A stretch of DNA of 42,267 bases from Candidatus Brocadiia bacterium (GTDB lineage Bacteria; Planctomycetota; Brocadiia; CAIUPP01), in the NCBI GenBank assembly GCA_050015075.1, contig JBEKCB010000037.1, positions 1-42,267 on the forward strand, in the 5' to 3' direction. Each line of letters begins with the position of its first letter. Position 1 is the stretch's first letter. The notes under the pieces are model-generated. The model worked only from the letters and a program-made list of their open reading frames with translations. It made no database searches and was not told the origin of the DNA. Positions 25,936 to 35,516 of this stretch are shown here, one piece after another. A program made the position numbers and the translations under genes.

Positions 25936-26457
25936 ATGGATGAATCCGCCGGAGACCCGGACAAAACCCATCGCTCCGAACCGCAGGCCCAGGCGCAGGA
26001 GAGCGTGACTTCCGCCGGGAAGCCGGCCGAGCCGCTCGAAATCGTCGCGCACGTCGCGCGCCGCACTTTCACGACGCTGGAACGGAAAGCCGGCGCGTCG
26101 CCGAGCCAGGTCACCACCTGGACGGTGGAGTACATCTCGAGCCATTTTGCCGAGAAGGTCTCGCTCGCCGCCATGGCGCGCGGCGCGCAACTGAGCAAGT
26201 ACCACTTCCTCCGGAAATTCCGCCAGGAGGCGGGCATAACGCCGGGCGCGTTTGTGAAGCGGTACCGGATCGTCCAGGCGATGGACTACCTCACCGGCAC
26301 GCGGCACACGGTCAAGAAGGTCGGGCAGATGGTCGGCTATCGCGACCCGGCCGCCTTCTCGCGCGCCTTCACCCAGATCGCCGGCACGCAGCCGTACCTC
26401 TACCGCGTAACGCGCCAGGCGAAGGAGGCGGAGGAAGAGCCGCTCCATCAACCGTAG
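25936..26457 (+). CDS. AraC-family transcriptional regulator (essentially HTH domain only)
   Basis: YISSHFAEKVSLAAMA...LSKYHFLRKFRQEAGITP...VGYRDPAAFSRAF; AAGGAG RBS before ATG 25936. Confidence 0.85.
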   Translation: MDESAGDPDKTHRSEPQAQAQESVTSAGKPAEPLEIVAHVARRTFTTLERKAGASPSQVTTWTVEYISSHFAEKVSLAAMARGAQLSKYHFLRKFRQEAGITPGAFVKRYRIVQAMDYLTGTRHTVKKVGQMVGYRDPAAFSRAFTQIAGTQPYLYRVTRQAKEAEEEPLHQP

Positions 26458-26566
26458 CGCACCGATTTCAGACGCTGAGACTCGTGCTACGTAGCGAAGG
26501 TCGCTGCTTCGCAGAGTGGCAGGCGCTGGAAGCGAATCAGAATCAACACAACATTGAAACGTAGTT

Positions 26567-26634
26567 TTGCCGCGAAGAGGCGCAAGGAACGGAAAGCGAC
26601 CTTTGTGCAGTTCTCTTGCGCCTCTTTGCGGCAA
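26567..26634. repeat. Palindromic element downstream of higA
   Basis: ttgccgcgaagaggcgcaag ... cttgcgcctctttgcggcaa. Confidence 0.75.
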
Positions 26635-26652
26635 TACGGCCGTTCCGGGCCG

Positions 26653-26943
26653 TCAGACGGGCACGGGGAGTTTTTGCACGCGGCGCTCCACCTTGTGGTG
26701 CACAAGGTCATAGGTCGTCTGGAGATTCATCCAGAACTGCGGGCTGTTTCCGAGCGCCTTGGCGAAGAGCCTCGCGGTCTCCGGCGTAATCGCGCGCCGG
26801 CCGTTGACAATCTCATTGATTCGCTTGAAGCTCACCCCGATATGCCTGGCGAAAGCCAGTTGGGTGATCCCGAGCGGCTTGAGGAACTCCTCCAGGAGCA
26901 TCTCGCCCGGAGAAGTGGGGTTCTTCGGAAGCCTGTTCATCAT
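26653..26943 (-). CDS. higA: HigA-family addiction module antitoxin (no adjacent higB)
   Basis: PGEMLLEEFLKPLGITQ...RINEIVNGRRAITPETARLFAKALGNSPQFWMNLQ. Confidence 0.92.
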   Translation of the reverse strand: MMNRLPKNPTSPGEMLLEEFLKPLGITQLAFARHIGVSFKRINEIVNGRRAITPETARLFAKALGNSPQFWMNLQTTYDLVHHKVERRVQKLPVPV

Positions 26944-26983
26944 GGCCCTGACTCCTTCAGCGCAGCGTTAACTTGTGCAGCCT

Positions 26984-28357
26984 TCACGCCTCCGGCGGCG
27001 ACTGCTCCGGCAGTTCCAGCGCGCGCGGGGAGCCGTCTTGCGGCTCGAGCGGCGGGATTTCTTCGGACGGCGTCGCGCTGAGTTCCTTCAGCTTCCGGGC
27101 GCTTGGGAGCAGGCGGCCGTTGATGGAGACTACGGCTTTGTTGTAGCTCTCCATCGCGCGGCTGAGTTGCGCGCCGACTTCGTCGAGGTACTCGAAGACC
27201 TTCGCGGCGCGCTCGTAGAGCCGCTGGCCTTCCTGGCTGATCTTGCGCGCGTTCTCCTCGATCTCCGCCTGCCGCCAGCCGTGCGCGACGGTGATGAGCA
27301 GCGGGATCAGCGTCGTCGGCGTCGCGAGCATGACGCCGCGCTGAATGCTGTCCTCGAAGAGCGCCGGGTCGGCCTGGATCGCGGCGCTGAAGAACGCGTC
27401 GCCGGGGATGAACAGCACGGTGAACTCCGGGGCGCGGTCGAACTGACGCGCGTATTCCTTCGACGCGAGCCGCTCCATATGCTCGCGCACGTGCCGCGCG
27501 TGCTCCCTGAGTTTTTCCCGGCGCGCGTTCTCGTCGGAGGCGTCGTGCGCTTCGAGGTAGGCGCTCAGCGTCACCTTCGAGTCCACCACGATGTCGCGCC
27601 CGGCAGGCAGGTGGACGATCATGTCCGGCCGGAGCCGGCCGTTCTCGCCGTCCACGGAGACCTGCTCGGAGAAATCGCGGCCCGGCGTCATGCCCGCCGC
27701 CTCGACGACACGCCGCAGGTTCATCTCGCCCCAGAGCCCGACCGCCTGCGACGAGCGCAGGGCGCCGGCCAGGTTGCCCGCCTCGCGCTGAATCTTGTCC
27801 TGCCCGTCGCGGAGGAGCGACGCCTGCTGGCCGAGTTCCGCGTTAGCCTTGTTCAGGACCAGGAGTCCCTCCTGGTAGCGCTGGAGCGACTCGGAGAGCG
27901 GCTGGAGGATTTTCTCGATGGACTCGCGGCGCTTCTCGAGGTTGCCGTCCTCCTGCGCGACGAGCGTCTCCAGGTGCGCGCGCGCGAGACGGACGAACTC
28001 GGCGCTGTTGGCCTTGAGCGTTTCGCCGGCGAGCGCTTTGAAGGTCTCCTCGAATTTTCCGCGCGCGTCGTTGAGGAGCAGGAGCTTCTCCTGGTTCTGA
28101 GCGCGGGCGGCCTCCATCTGCGCGGTCAGCCCGGCGAGGCGGGCCTCGACCGCGGACCGCGCCTCGGCCGCGGCGCGCAGCGACTCCTCGCGCTGGGCGA
28201 GCGCGGCCTGGAGTTCGGCGATCCGCGCGTCGCGCGCTTCGACCTGCGCGGCCAGCGCCGCCGATTCAGCCGCGCGCCGGCTGGAACGATTCGCCATCAG
28301 CGCGTACGCCACCGCGGCGCCCAGGACGAGGCCGCCGATCAGGCAGAGGATTTCCAT
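26984..28357 (-). CDS. rmuC: DNA recombination protein RmuC
   Basis: N-terminal TM and coiled coil; GLWGEMNL, RPDMIVHLP, VDSK, EFTVLFIPGD, ATPTTLIPLL. Confidence 0.93.
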   Translation of the reverse strand: MEILCLIGGLVLGAAVAYALMANRSSRRAAESAALAAQVEARDARIAELQAALAQREESLRAAAEARSAVEARLAGLTAQMEAARAQNQEKLLLLNDARGKFEETFKALAGETLKANSAEFVRLARAHLETLVAQEDGNLEKRRESIEKILQPLSESLQRYQEGLLVLNKANAELGQQASLLRDGQDKIQREAGNLAGALRSSQAVGLWGEMNLRRVVEAAGMTPGRDFSEQVSVDGENGRLRPDMIVHLPAGRDIVVDSKVTLSAYLEAHDASDENARREKLREHARHVREHMERLASKEYARQFDRAPEFTVLFIPGDAFFSAAIQADPALFEDSIQRGVMLATPTTLIPLLITVAHGWRQAEIEENARKISQEGQRLYERAAKVFEYLDEVGAQLSRAMESYNKAVVSINGRLLPSARKLKELSATPSEEIPPLEPQDGSPRALELPEQSPPEA

Positions 28358-28376
28358 CGCGCATCAACTCCATTCT

Positions 28377-28438
28377 GCTCGTAGTGGCGCCGTCAGACGC
28401 TACAGAGGAACGTATGCCCTTACGGGCACACTACCAGC
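28377..28438. repeat. REPIN copy 6
   Basis: gctcgtagtggcgccgtcagacgct ... atgcccttacgggcacactaccagc. Confidence 0.85.
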
Positions 28439-28564
28439 AATCCCACTGTAAAATCGCGCGCCGAGAATGTAAAATGATCGGATGCCTTACGCGGCACATT
28501 CTACATATTTGGTCTGACAGATGCATGGCCGACTTGCAAGTGCTTTCCTCTGGATGAAGGCGAA

Positions 28565-29488
28565 ATGATGCGCGTCATGTGCTGGATCGTGCTGTTGCTG
28601 CCTTTCGCGGGCGGCTGCGCGGGGCCGCACAGGGGCGGCGCCGTGGAGACCAGCGCGGCGATCGGCGTCTGCTTCGACGACGGAACGCAGATCAAAATCC
28701 ACGAGGCGGTGTCCGCGCAGCTCGACCGGCAGGATGTCGAACTTGTCGGCTGCGTGGGCGCGAAGGCCGAGGCCGGACGCGCGCCGCAGTTGGAATGGCG
28801 GCGGCCGAGAAAATTCGAGGGCGTCCGCGCGGCCGAGCCGCTGCCGCAGCGCCCGGCGGATGCGCGGTTCGGCTATTCGTTCGAGCGCGGGCCGCTGCAC
28901 CTGACGGTGATCGAGACGGCCGAGCCGATGACGGCGAATTCCGAGGCGTACCTGTGGCTGATGGAGGATTTGTCGCTGGCGACGCAGCCGTGGAAGGTGG
29001 TGATCCTGTCGCGGCCGATCGTCTCGCCCAGCCCGATTCGAGTGGACGAGGACCGGCTGGACCTGGCGGCGCTGCTCGCGCGCGAGGGCGTGGCGCTCGC
29101 CATCGCGACCGGCGGCCCGGCGTATTTCCGGACGGCGCGGATCGGCGATTCGCGGACGGAGTCGGTCCGCTACGTGATCCTCGGCGGCGAGGCCGCTAGC
29201 GCGCCGCCGAAGCCTGCGCCGGAATGGACGGTCTGCACGATCAGCGAGCCCTGCGTCTGCGTGTTGGACGTGACGAAGAACCGCCTGCGATGGACGGCGC
29301 TCGACCTGCAGGGCCGGCTGCTCGACCTGCTCGATGTGCCCGCCGGCGAGAATTCCGCCGGCGGCGCGCCGCCGGCCGGCAGCCCGCCGCTCCCGATCGG
29401 CAAGGTCTCCGAGAGCAACGTGCGGAGCTTCACGTGGAGCGAGGTGCTCGCGAGCGAACGGGCGCAGACGATGCCGGACGAAAAATGA
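28565..29488 (+). CDS. Lipoprotein with degenerate metallophosphoesterase (purple acid phosphatase-like) fold
   Basis: Lipobox FAGG-C. YSFERGPLHL...WLMEDL...WKVVILSRP...GVALAIATGGPAYFRT parallels the PAP C-terminal half but lacks the His ligands. Confidence 0.55.
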   Translation: MMRVMCWIVLLLPFAGGCAGPHRGGAVETSAAIGVCFDDGTQIKIHEAVSAQLDRQDVELVGCVGAKAEAGRAPQLEWRRPRKFEGVRAAEPLPQRPADARFGYSFERGPLHLTVIETAEPMTANSEAYLWLMEDLSLATQPWKVVILSRPIVSPSPIRVDEDRLDLAALLAREGVALAIATGGPAYFRTARIGDSRTESVRYVILGGEAASAPPKPAPEWTVCTISEPCVCVLDVTKNRLRWTALDLQGRLLDLLDVPAGENSAGGAPPAGSPPLPIGKVSESNVRSFTWSEVLASERAQTMPDEK

Positions 29489-29610
29489 GCGGCGAGTACT
29501 CCGCGAAGTTCAGCGCTCGCTTTTCAGTTTTCCGTCCTCTATACTGATTCCCAGTCGTTCCTGTTGTCTTGGTGTCTTCGTGGTAAATGTTCGGGTCGTG
29601 GAGGTTGCCG

Positions 29611-30198
29611 ATGCGGAAGGCGAAGGTCGCCGCGGACTTTGAGCGCCCGAGTTGGGACGAATATTTTTCGCGCATCGCGGTCGAGGTCTCCAAGCGCGCG
29701 ACCTGCCTGCGGCGTCACGTCGGCGCGATCCTGGTGCTGGACAAGCGCATCTTGGCGACCGGCTACAACGGCGCGCCGCGCGGCCTGCGGCATTGCCTGG
29801 AAGCCGGCTGCCTCCGCGCGAAGCACGGCGTTCCGTCCGGCGAGCGGCACGAACTCTGCCGCGGGCTGCACGCGGAGATGAACGTGCTGATCCAGGCGGC
29901 CAGCCACGGCATCCGCGTCGAGGGCGCGACGCTCTACTCGACCTCGTTCCCCTGCTCGCTCTGCGCGAAGATGATCATCAACGGCGGCATCCGCAGGGTT
30001 GTCGCGCAGTCCGACTACGCCGACGCGCTCGGCAAGGAACTCCTGGCCGAGGCGAAAGTGAAGACGGAGATCTTCGATTATGAGCGCCGCAAAACCAGGC
30101 CCTTTCCGATACTCCGTCGGCCGTTGCGCCGCCCGGCGCTGCACGCGCGCCCTGCCGGAAACCTGCGGGGCGAAAAAACGAGAATTCCGAAAAAATAA
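29611..30198 (+). CDS. dCMP deaminase (ComEB-like) family protein
   Basis: [40 protein letters not shown]. Confidence 0.92.
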   Translation: MRKAKVAADFERPSWDEYFSRIAVEVSKRATCLRRHVGAILVLDKRILATGYNGAPRGLRHCLEAGCLRAKHGVPSGERHELCRGLHAEMNVLIQAASHGIRVEGATLYSTSFPCSLCAKMIINGGIRRVVAQSDYADALGKELLAEAKVKTEIFDYERRKTRPFPILRRPLRRPALHARPAGNLRGEKTRIPKK

Positions 30199-30262
30199 TT
30201 GCCCCAAGTCGCTAGCCCAAGCCAAATAGCTACTTAGCGATTCCCTAATGGGCCGCATAAAT

Positions 30263-30315
30263 TTGACAATACCAGATGTGGTGCCTTATACTTGCCCCCC
30301 GCCTAGGTGTTGTGG
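30263..30315 (+). promoter_or_regulatory. nrd operon sigma70 promoter with two tandem NrdR boxes
   Basis: TTGACA-N18-TATACT. Box 1 ATACCAGATGTGGTGC (30269-30284) lies in the spacer and box 2 CGCCTAGGTGTTGTGG (30300-30315) starts 31 bp later, fitting acaCwAtATaTwGtgt and the usual spacing. Confidence 0.8.
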
Positions 30316-30394
30316 AAACCGCTCGAATGCAGTTGCGGCGCTTTTCAGCGGGCAGAGACGCAAAAGAAGCACGCCGGACAAGGGGATTCGCGCC

Positions 30395-30853
30395 ATGCGC
30401 TGTCCTTACTGCCGTGAGAACCGCGATAAGGTCGTGGACTCACGCGCGTCAGGGGATGCCGGTATGATCCGCAGGCGCCGGGAGTGCCTGGCCTGCGGCC
30501 GGCGCTTCACGACGTATGAGAAAATCGAGGTCCACCCGATCCGGGTGATGAAGAAGGACGGGCGTCGCGTCGAATTCGACCGCAGCAAGATCATGAGCGG
30601 CCTCATCCGCGCCTGCGAGAAGCGGCCGATCTCGACGGAGACGCTCGAAAGGGTGGTCTCGGAAATCGAACAGGAGGTGTACTCGCACTACGACAAGGAG
30701 GTCACGTCGCGCCAGGTCGGGCAGTTGGTGATGAGGAAGTTGCGGGCGCTGGACCAGGTGGCGTACGTGCGGTTTGCGTCGGTGTATCGGGAGTTCAAGG
30801 ACGTGAGCGAGTTCGTCGAAGAAGTGAAGCCGATGCTCGATCGAGATCGCTGA
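30395..30853 (+). CDS. nrdR: Transcriptional repressor NrdR
   Basis: MRCPYC, VVDSR, IRRRRECLACGRRFTTYE, ATP cone, VAYVRFASVYREF. Confidence 0.97.
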   Translation: MRCPYCRENRDKVVDSRASGDAGMIRRRRECLACGRRFTTYEKIEVHPIRVMKKDGRRVEFDRSKIMSGLIRACEKRPISTETLERVVSEIEQEVYSHYDKEVTSRQVGQLVMRKLRALDQVAYVRFASVYREFKDVSEFVEEVKPMLDRDR

Positions 30854-30909
30854 GGCGGGATCATTGATGGTCACATTCATGTTCGTAAAATTCAAAACAG
30901 GGAAATCAT

Positions 30910-33384
30910 ATGCGCGTCAACATCATCCGGGAGGTTCGCAAGCGTTCGGGGCAGCTCGTTCCATTTAATCAGGAGAAGATTGCCAACGCGATTTTCAAGG
31001 CGGCGCAGGCGGTGGGCGGCGAGGACCGGCAGATGGCCGACGAGCTCGCCGATGTCGTGACGATGTTCCTGGAAAAGCAGTACGGCCCCAGCGAAACCGG
31101 AGGCGTCGCCGGCGCCCCGACGATCGAAGAAATCCAGGACATGGTCGAGAAGGTGCTGATCGAGACGGGGCACGCGAAGACGGCGAAGGCGTACATCCTC
31201 TACCGCGAGCGGCGCGCGCGCATCCGCGATACGGTGAAGGTCCGCAAGCAGATCGCCGGCCGCAACAACCCGACGGACCTCTCGCTGCTGGTGGACCCGG
31301 CGACGCGCGACGAGATCCGGTCGTGGAACAAGCAGCTCATCGCGCTGGCGCTCGAGAAGGAAGCCGACGTCCCCGCGCCGGTGGCCGCGGAGATCGCCTC
31401 TGCCGTCGAGGGCCGCATCCTCGCCAGCGGCATGAAGCGCATCAGCACCAGCCTCATCCGCGAACTGGTGGACAACGAGCTGTTCGAGCGCGGACTGCGC
31501 AACAGCCTTGAGAAACAGCTCTCCATCGGCATGCCCATCTTCGACCTCGAGCAGGTGATCTTCTCGAAGAGCAACGAGAACTCCAACATCGCCTCGAACA
31601 ACCCCGAGGCGATCAACCTCACCATCGCCGAGAACACGCTCAAGCAGTACGCGCTCAAGAAAATCTTCAGCAAGGACGTCGCCGAGGCGCACCTGCAGGG
31701 CATGGTCCACCTGCACGACCTGGGCTATCCCACGCGCGTGTACTGCTCCTCGCACTCGCTGGAGTACCTGAAGAAGTACGGCCTGTCGCTGCTGAACCTG
31801 GACACGCACTCCGCCCCGGCCAAGCACGCGCGCACGCTCACCGGCCACCTGAACACCTTCCTCGCCTCGATGCAGGCGTTCTACGCCGGCGCGCTCGGCG
31901 TGGGCTACATCAACATCCTTTACGCGCCCTACCTCGAGAACCTCGACGACAAGACCATGCGCCAGGAAGCGCAGCACCTGATCTTCAGCGGATCGCAGAG
32001 CGCCTTCTCGCGCGGCGGCCAGACGCTGTTCCTCGACTTCAACGTCCACACCGGCGTCCCGCGCTACATGCGCGACATCCCGGCGATCGGCCCGGGCGGC
32101 GTGGAGACCGGCCGCACCTACGGCGATTACGAGGAGACCGCGATGCGCTTCACGCGCGCGCTCCTCGACGTGTGGCGCCGCGGCGACTCGAACGGCCACG
32201 TCTTCGCCTTCCCCAAGTGCGACCTGCACGTCAACGCCGAGACCTTCTCCGACCCGCGGCAGCTCGAACTGCTCGAGTACGCCTGCCAGGCCGCCAGCGA
32301 GAACGGCACGCCCTACTTCGTCTTCGACCGCGACGAGGTCACCCTCTCGGCCTGCTGCCGCCTGCGCACGACCATCGAGGACAACTACATGCTCCGCCAC
32401 CTCGAGAGCATGCGCTTCTGCGGCTTCCAGAACATCACCGTCAACCTGCCGCAGGCCGCCTACCGCGCCGGCCCCGGCAACCTCGAAGGCCTCTACCGCG
32501 AGATTGACCGCGCGATGGAGATCGCCTTCAAGGCGCACTATCAGAAACGCACCTTCGTCCAGCGCCTCATGGCCGGGCCGACCATGCCGCTCTGGCAGAT
32601 CGGCAAGACCGCCGACGACGGCCGCCCCTACGTGGACCTCGACAAGTGCACCTACATCGTCGGCCTCATCGGCCTGAACGAATGCCTGCAGCACCTCACC
32701 GGCCAGGAACTCCACGAGAGCGACGCGGTCTTCAAGCTCGGGCTGAAGATCGTGACCTACATGCACTTCCGCTGCAAGGAGGAAGGGAAGAAGAGCGGGC
32801 TGAAGTTCGCGCTCGAGGAATCCCCCGCCGAGAGCGCCGCGCGCCGCCTGGCCAAGATTGACCTGCGCCGCTACCCGCAGGCGGAGAAGGTCGTCCGCGG
32901 CAGCATCGCCGACGACGAGATGTATTACACCAACTCCATCCACCTGCGCGCCGACGCGCCGGTGGACCTCATCACGCGGATCCGCATGCAGAGCAAGTTC
33001 CACCCGCTCATCGAGAGCGGCGCCATCATCCACGCCTTCGTCGGCGAGGAGCGGCCCTCGCCCGCCAGCGTCCTGGCGCTCATCCGCAAGACCTTCGAGA
33101 ACACCCAGGCCGCGCAGCTCACCCTTTCGCCGGAGTTCACCGTCTGCAATTCGTGCCAGCGCGTCACCCCGCAACTGACCGACCACTGCGCGTTCTGCAA
33201 CTCGACCAGCGTCGCCGGCATGACCCGCATCGTCGGCTACTACAGCCGCGTCAACAACTGGAACAAGAGCAAGATCGGCGAATTGAAGGACCGCCACCGC
33301 GGCAACTACCGCCTCGCCGGCGCGCCCGTCGAGGCCCGGACGGCGCCGGCCGCAACCGGCATCCTCCAGCCCGCGCACGCCTGA
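30910..33384 (+). CDS. nrdD: Anaerobic (class III) ribonucleoside-triphosphate reductase with two N-terminal ATP cones
   Basis: HLHDL, SRGGQTLF, finger loop ACCRL, EESPAESAA, YYTNS, Zn site CNSC...CAFC, glycyl radical loop RIVGYY. Confidence 0.96.
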   Translation: MRVNIIREVRKRSGQLVPFNQEKIANAIFKAAQAVGGEDRQMADELADVVTMFLEKQYGPSETGGVAGAPTIEEIQDMVEKVLIETGHAKTAKAYILYRERRARIRDTVKVRKQIAGRNNPTDLSLLVDPATRDEIRSWNKQLIALALEKEADVPAPVAAEIASAVEGRILASGMKRISTSLIRELVDNELFERGLRNSLEKQLSIGMPIFDLEQVIFSKSNENSNIASNNPEAINLTIAENTLKQYALKKIFSKDVAEAHLQGMVHLHDLGYPTRVYCSSHSLEYLKKYGLSLLNLDTHSAPAKHARTLTGHLNTFLASMQAFYAGALGVGYINILYAPYLENLDDKTMRQEAQHLIFSGSQSAFSRGGQTLFLDFNVHTGVPRYMRDIPAIGPGGVETGRTYGDYEETAMRFTRALLDVWRRGDSNGHVFAFPKCDLHVNAETFSDPRQLELLEYACQAASENGTPYFVFDRDEVTLSACCRLRTTIEDNYMLRHLESMRFCGFQNITVNLPQAAYRAGPGNLEGLYREIDRAMEIAFKAHYQKRTFVQRLMAGPTMPLWQIGKTADDGRPYVDLDKCTYIVGLIGLNECLQHLTGQELHESDAVFKLGLKIVTYMHFRCKEEGKKSGLKFALEESPAESAARRLAKIDLRRYPQAEKVVRGSIADDEMYYTNSIHLRADAPVDLITRIRMQSKFHPLIESGAIIHAFVGEERPSPASVLALIRKTFENTQAAQLTLSPEFTVCNSCQRVTPQLTDHCAFCNSTSVAGMTRIVGYYSRVNNWNKSKIGELKDRHRGNYRLAGAPVEARTAPAATGILQPAHA

Positions 33385-33415
33385 AAAACGCAGGGGATTG
33401 GTTATTAAAGGATCC

Positions 33416-33501
33416 GTCATGCTGAGCGCAGCGAAGCATCTCATACCACAGCGGCCTGGCGGAGTGCCGCGTGTGAGATTCTTCGCTGCGCTCAGAATGA
33501 C
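33416..33501. repeat. REP/MITE-like inverted pair inside the nrd operon
   Basis: gtcatgctgagcgcagcgaagcatctc ... gagattcttcgctgcgctcagaatgac. Confidence 0.85.
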
Positions 33502-33522
33502 TTTTCTGAAAGGACGGACGTC

Positions 33523-33801
33523 ATGACCCGGATTTTGATCTTCGGCAAGACCGAATGCGCCAAGTGCAAGACGACCAAGCACAAGCTCTCGCACCTGCTC
33601 TCCGGCGAAGCGGACCACAAGGTCGAGCTCGTTTTCCACGATCAGGACACGCTTGACGGACGCGCGGAAGGCGCGTTTTACGATCTGGACCCGAGCCGCA
33701 TTCCGCTGACCGTGGTCGAACAGGAAGACCGCCAGGTCGCGCGCTGGGACGGTGACGTGCCGGACTCCCAGGCCATCCACCGGCTCATCGTCGGAGTCTA
33801 G
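33523..33801 (+). CDS. Thioredoxin/glutaredoxin-fold (NrdH-like) protein
   Basis: IFGKTECAKC CxxC motif and cis-Pro-like RIPLTVV; located between nrdD and nrdG. Confidence 0.75.
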   Translation: MTRILIFGKTECAKCKTTKHKLSHLLSGEADHKVELVFHDQDTLDGRAEGAFYDLDPSRIPLTVVEQEDRQVARWDGDVPDSQAIHRLIVGV

Positions 33802-33805
33802 ACGA

Positions 33806-34552
33806 ATGCTGCCGCCGATCAGGGGATTCATCGAGAGCACGCTGCTCGACTGGGAAGGCAAAGTGGCCGCCGTGGTTTTCCTGCCCGGCTGCAACTTCCG
33901 GTGCGGCTACTGCCACGCCCGGCACCTGGTCGAGCCGGCGCCCTCCGACGAGGCCATCCCGCTCGAGGCCGTCCTGGTCAACTTCAAGCGGCAGCGCGGC
34001 TGGCTCGACGGCGTGGTCATCAGCGGCGGCGAGCCGACGGTGCATCCGGGACTCCTCGCCTTCATCCGGCAGTTCCGCGACCAGCGCATCCCCGTCAAGC
34101 TCGACACGAACGGCAGCCGGCCCGACGTGCTCGAACGGCTCCTGGCCCTCGGCGTGCTCGACTACGTGGCGATGGACGTCAAGGCGCCGCTCGACGGGAA
34201 GTATGCCGAGGTCGCGCGAGTGCCGGTGGACCTCGCCGCGATCCGGCAGAGCATCGAGCTTTTGATGCGGGGCGAGACGCCCTACGAATTCCGGACCACC
34301 GTTTGCCCGGACACGCTCGACGCCGACGAGGTCGAGCGCACCGCGCAGGCCGTCCGCGGCGCGCGGGCCTATTACCTCCAGGCGTTCCGCCCGGTGAACT
34401 GCCTCGACCGCGCCCTGGAAAACGCGCGGCCCTACAATCCGGACCAGATGCGCGAGCTGTGCCGGCGGGCGGCCCGGCACGTCCAGCGCTGCGTCGTCCG
34501 CGGCGACCAGGCCAGCGAACTGGCGGCGACCGCGGTGAGAAGTTCATGCTAA
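33806..34552 (+). CDS. nrdG: Anaerobic RNR activating radical SAM enzyme
   Basis: GCNFRCGYCH (CxxxCxxC), ISGGEPT, KLDTNGS, AMDVKAP, EFRTT. Confidence 0.93.
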   Translation: MLPPIRGFIESTLLDWEGKVAAVVFLPGCNFRCGYCHARHLVEPAPSDEAIPLEAVLVNFKRQRGWLDGVVISGGEPTVHPGLLAFIRQFRDQRIPVKLDTNGSRPDVLERLLALGVLDYVAMDVKAPLDGKYAEVARVPVDLAAIRQSIELLMRGETPYEFRTTVCPDTLDADEVERTAQAVRGARAYYLQAFRPVNCLDRALENARPYNPDQMRELCRRAARHVQRCVVRGDQASELAATAVRSSC

Positions 34553-34610
34553 GGCGGCTTGCCGCTCGGCCAGGCGCGCTGTTCCAAGGGAATGCTAAGA
34601 AGAGCAGGAC

Positions 34611-35516
34611 ATGCTGTTGTTTGTGGACGAGAGCGGCCAGGACCTTGGAGAGATGCCCTGCGAAGTCATCGCAGGAGTCGCGATTCCGGAGCGCAATCTG
34701 TGGAATCTCGTCAAGGCGATCCGTTCTGCGGAGCGCGATTGCTTCGGCGGATACCTGCGTGAACTGCGCAGGAGCGAGCCGAAGGCCAAGTTTCTTCTGA
34801 AGAGGAAGCGCTTTAGGCTGGCTTCGCAGAGGATCACGATCCCCGAGGCCGAATGGCCTGCTCTGGCTTATGCCGCTCTTCGCAAGGGCGCCGTTGCGCG
34901 TGACGAGGCAAAATCAGAAAGCGGCGTCACGGCGCGAGAATTGACCGGATACAGCCGGGCGGTATTGAAATTTGTGCATCAGGTTCTGGACCTTGCAGCC
35001 GCCCACGACGCGAAAGTCTTCGCGAGCATCGTGGACGCAAGCGCAGCGCGGGTGGACCGGGATTTGCTTCGCAAGGACTTCGTGTACTTGTTCGAGCGGT
35101 ATTTCTACTACCTGGAAACGTTGCCTTCAGAAGAGCGCGGATTGGTGGTCTTCGACGAATTGGAGAAGGCCAAGGCGCACAAGCTGGTGCAACGCATGGC
35201 CAGGTATTTCCTCGGGACGGAGACCGGCCGATTTCGCAGTTCGCGGATCGTTCCCGAGCCGTTCTTCGTCCACTCCGATTTGACGACGGGCGTTTTTCTC
35301 GCGGACCTGACGGCTTACATACTCGGTTGGGGTTGGCGTTCCGGCAGGATGGAGCACACCGCCCGCCGGGAACTGAAGGAATATGCCGATAAACTTCACG
35401 ACATGCAATTCCACGGGGAAAAACCGCGCGATGACAGCGATGGATTTTGGCCGCTGCACGGTATCGCTTACCTGGACGACTTGCGCGGCAGCCGGGACCG
35501 GACTGGCGAGGCTTAA
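34611..35516 (+). CDS. DUF3800 family protein (predicted RNase H-like fold)
   Basis: N-terminal LLFVDESG, central VVFDE, C-terminal FFVHS...LADLTAY. Codon usage differs from the flanking genes. Confidence 0.8.
   Translation: MLLFVDESGQDLGEMPCEVIAGVAIPERNLWNLVKAIRSAERDCFGGYLRELRRSEPKAKFLLKRKRFRLASQRITIPEAEWPALAYAALRKGAVARDEAKSESGVTARELTGYSRAVLKFVHQVLDLAAAHDAKVFASIVDASAARVDRDLLRKDFVYLFERYFYYLETLPSEERGLVVFDELEKAKAHKLVQRMARYFLGTETGRFRSSRIVPEPFFVHSDLTTGVFLADLTAYILGWGWRSGRMEHTARRELKEYADKLHDMQFHGEKPRDDSDGFWPLHGIAYLDDLRGSRDRTGEA

Noticed and set aside
26975-28384. 469-aa plus-strand ORF
   Set aside because: Antisense shadow of rmuC.
18764-28438. REP doublets as a CRISPR array
   Set aside because: The copies are dispersed, in both orientations, with no regular spacers and no cas genes.
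30892-33894. 1000-aa minus-strand ORF
   Set aside because: Antisense shadow of nrdD; it also reads through a REP element.
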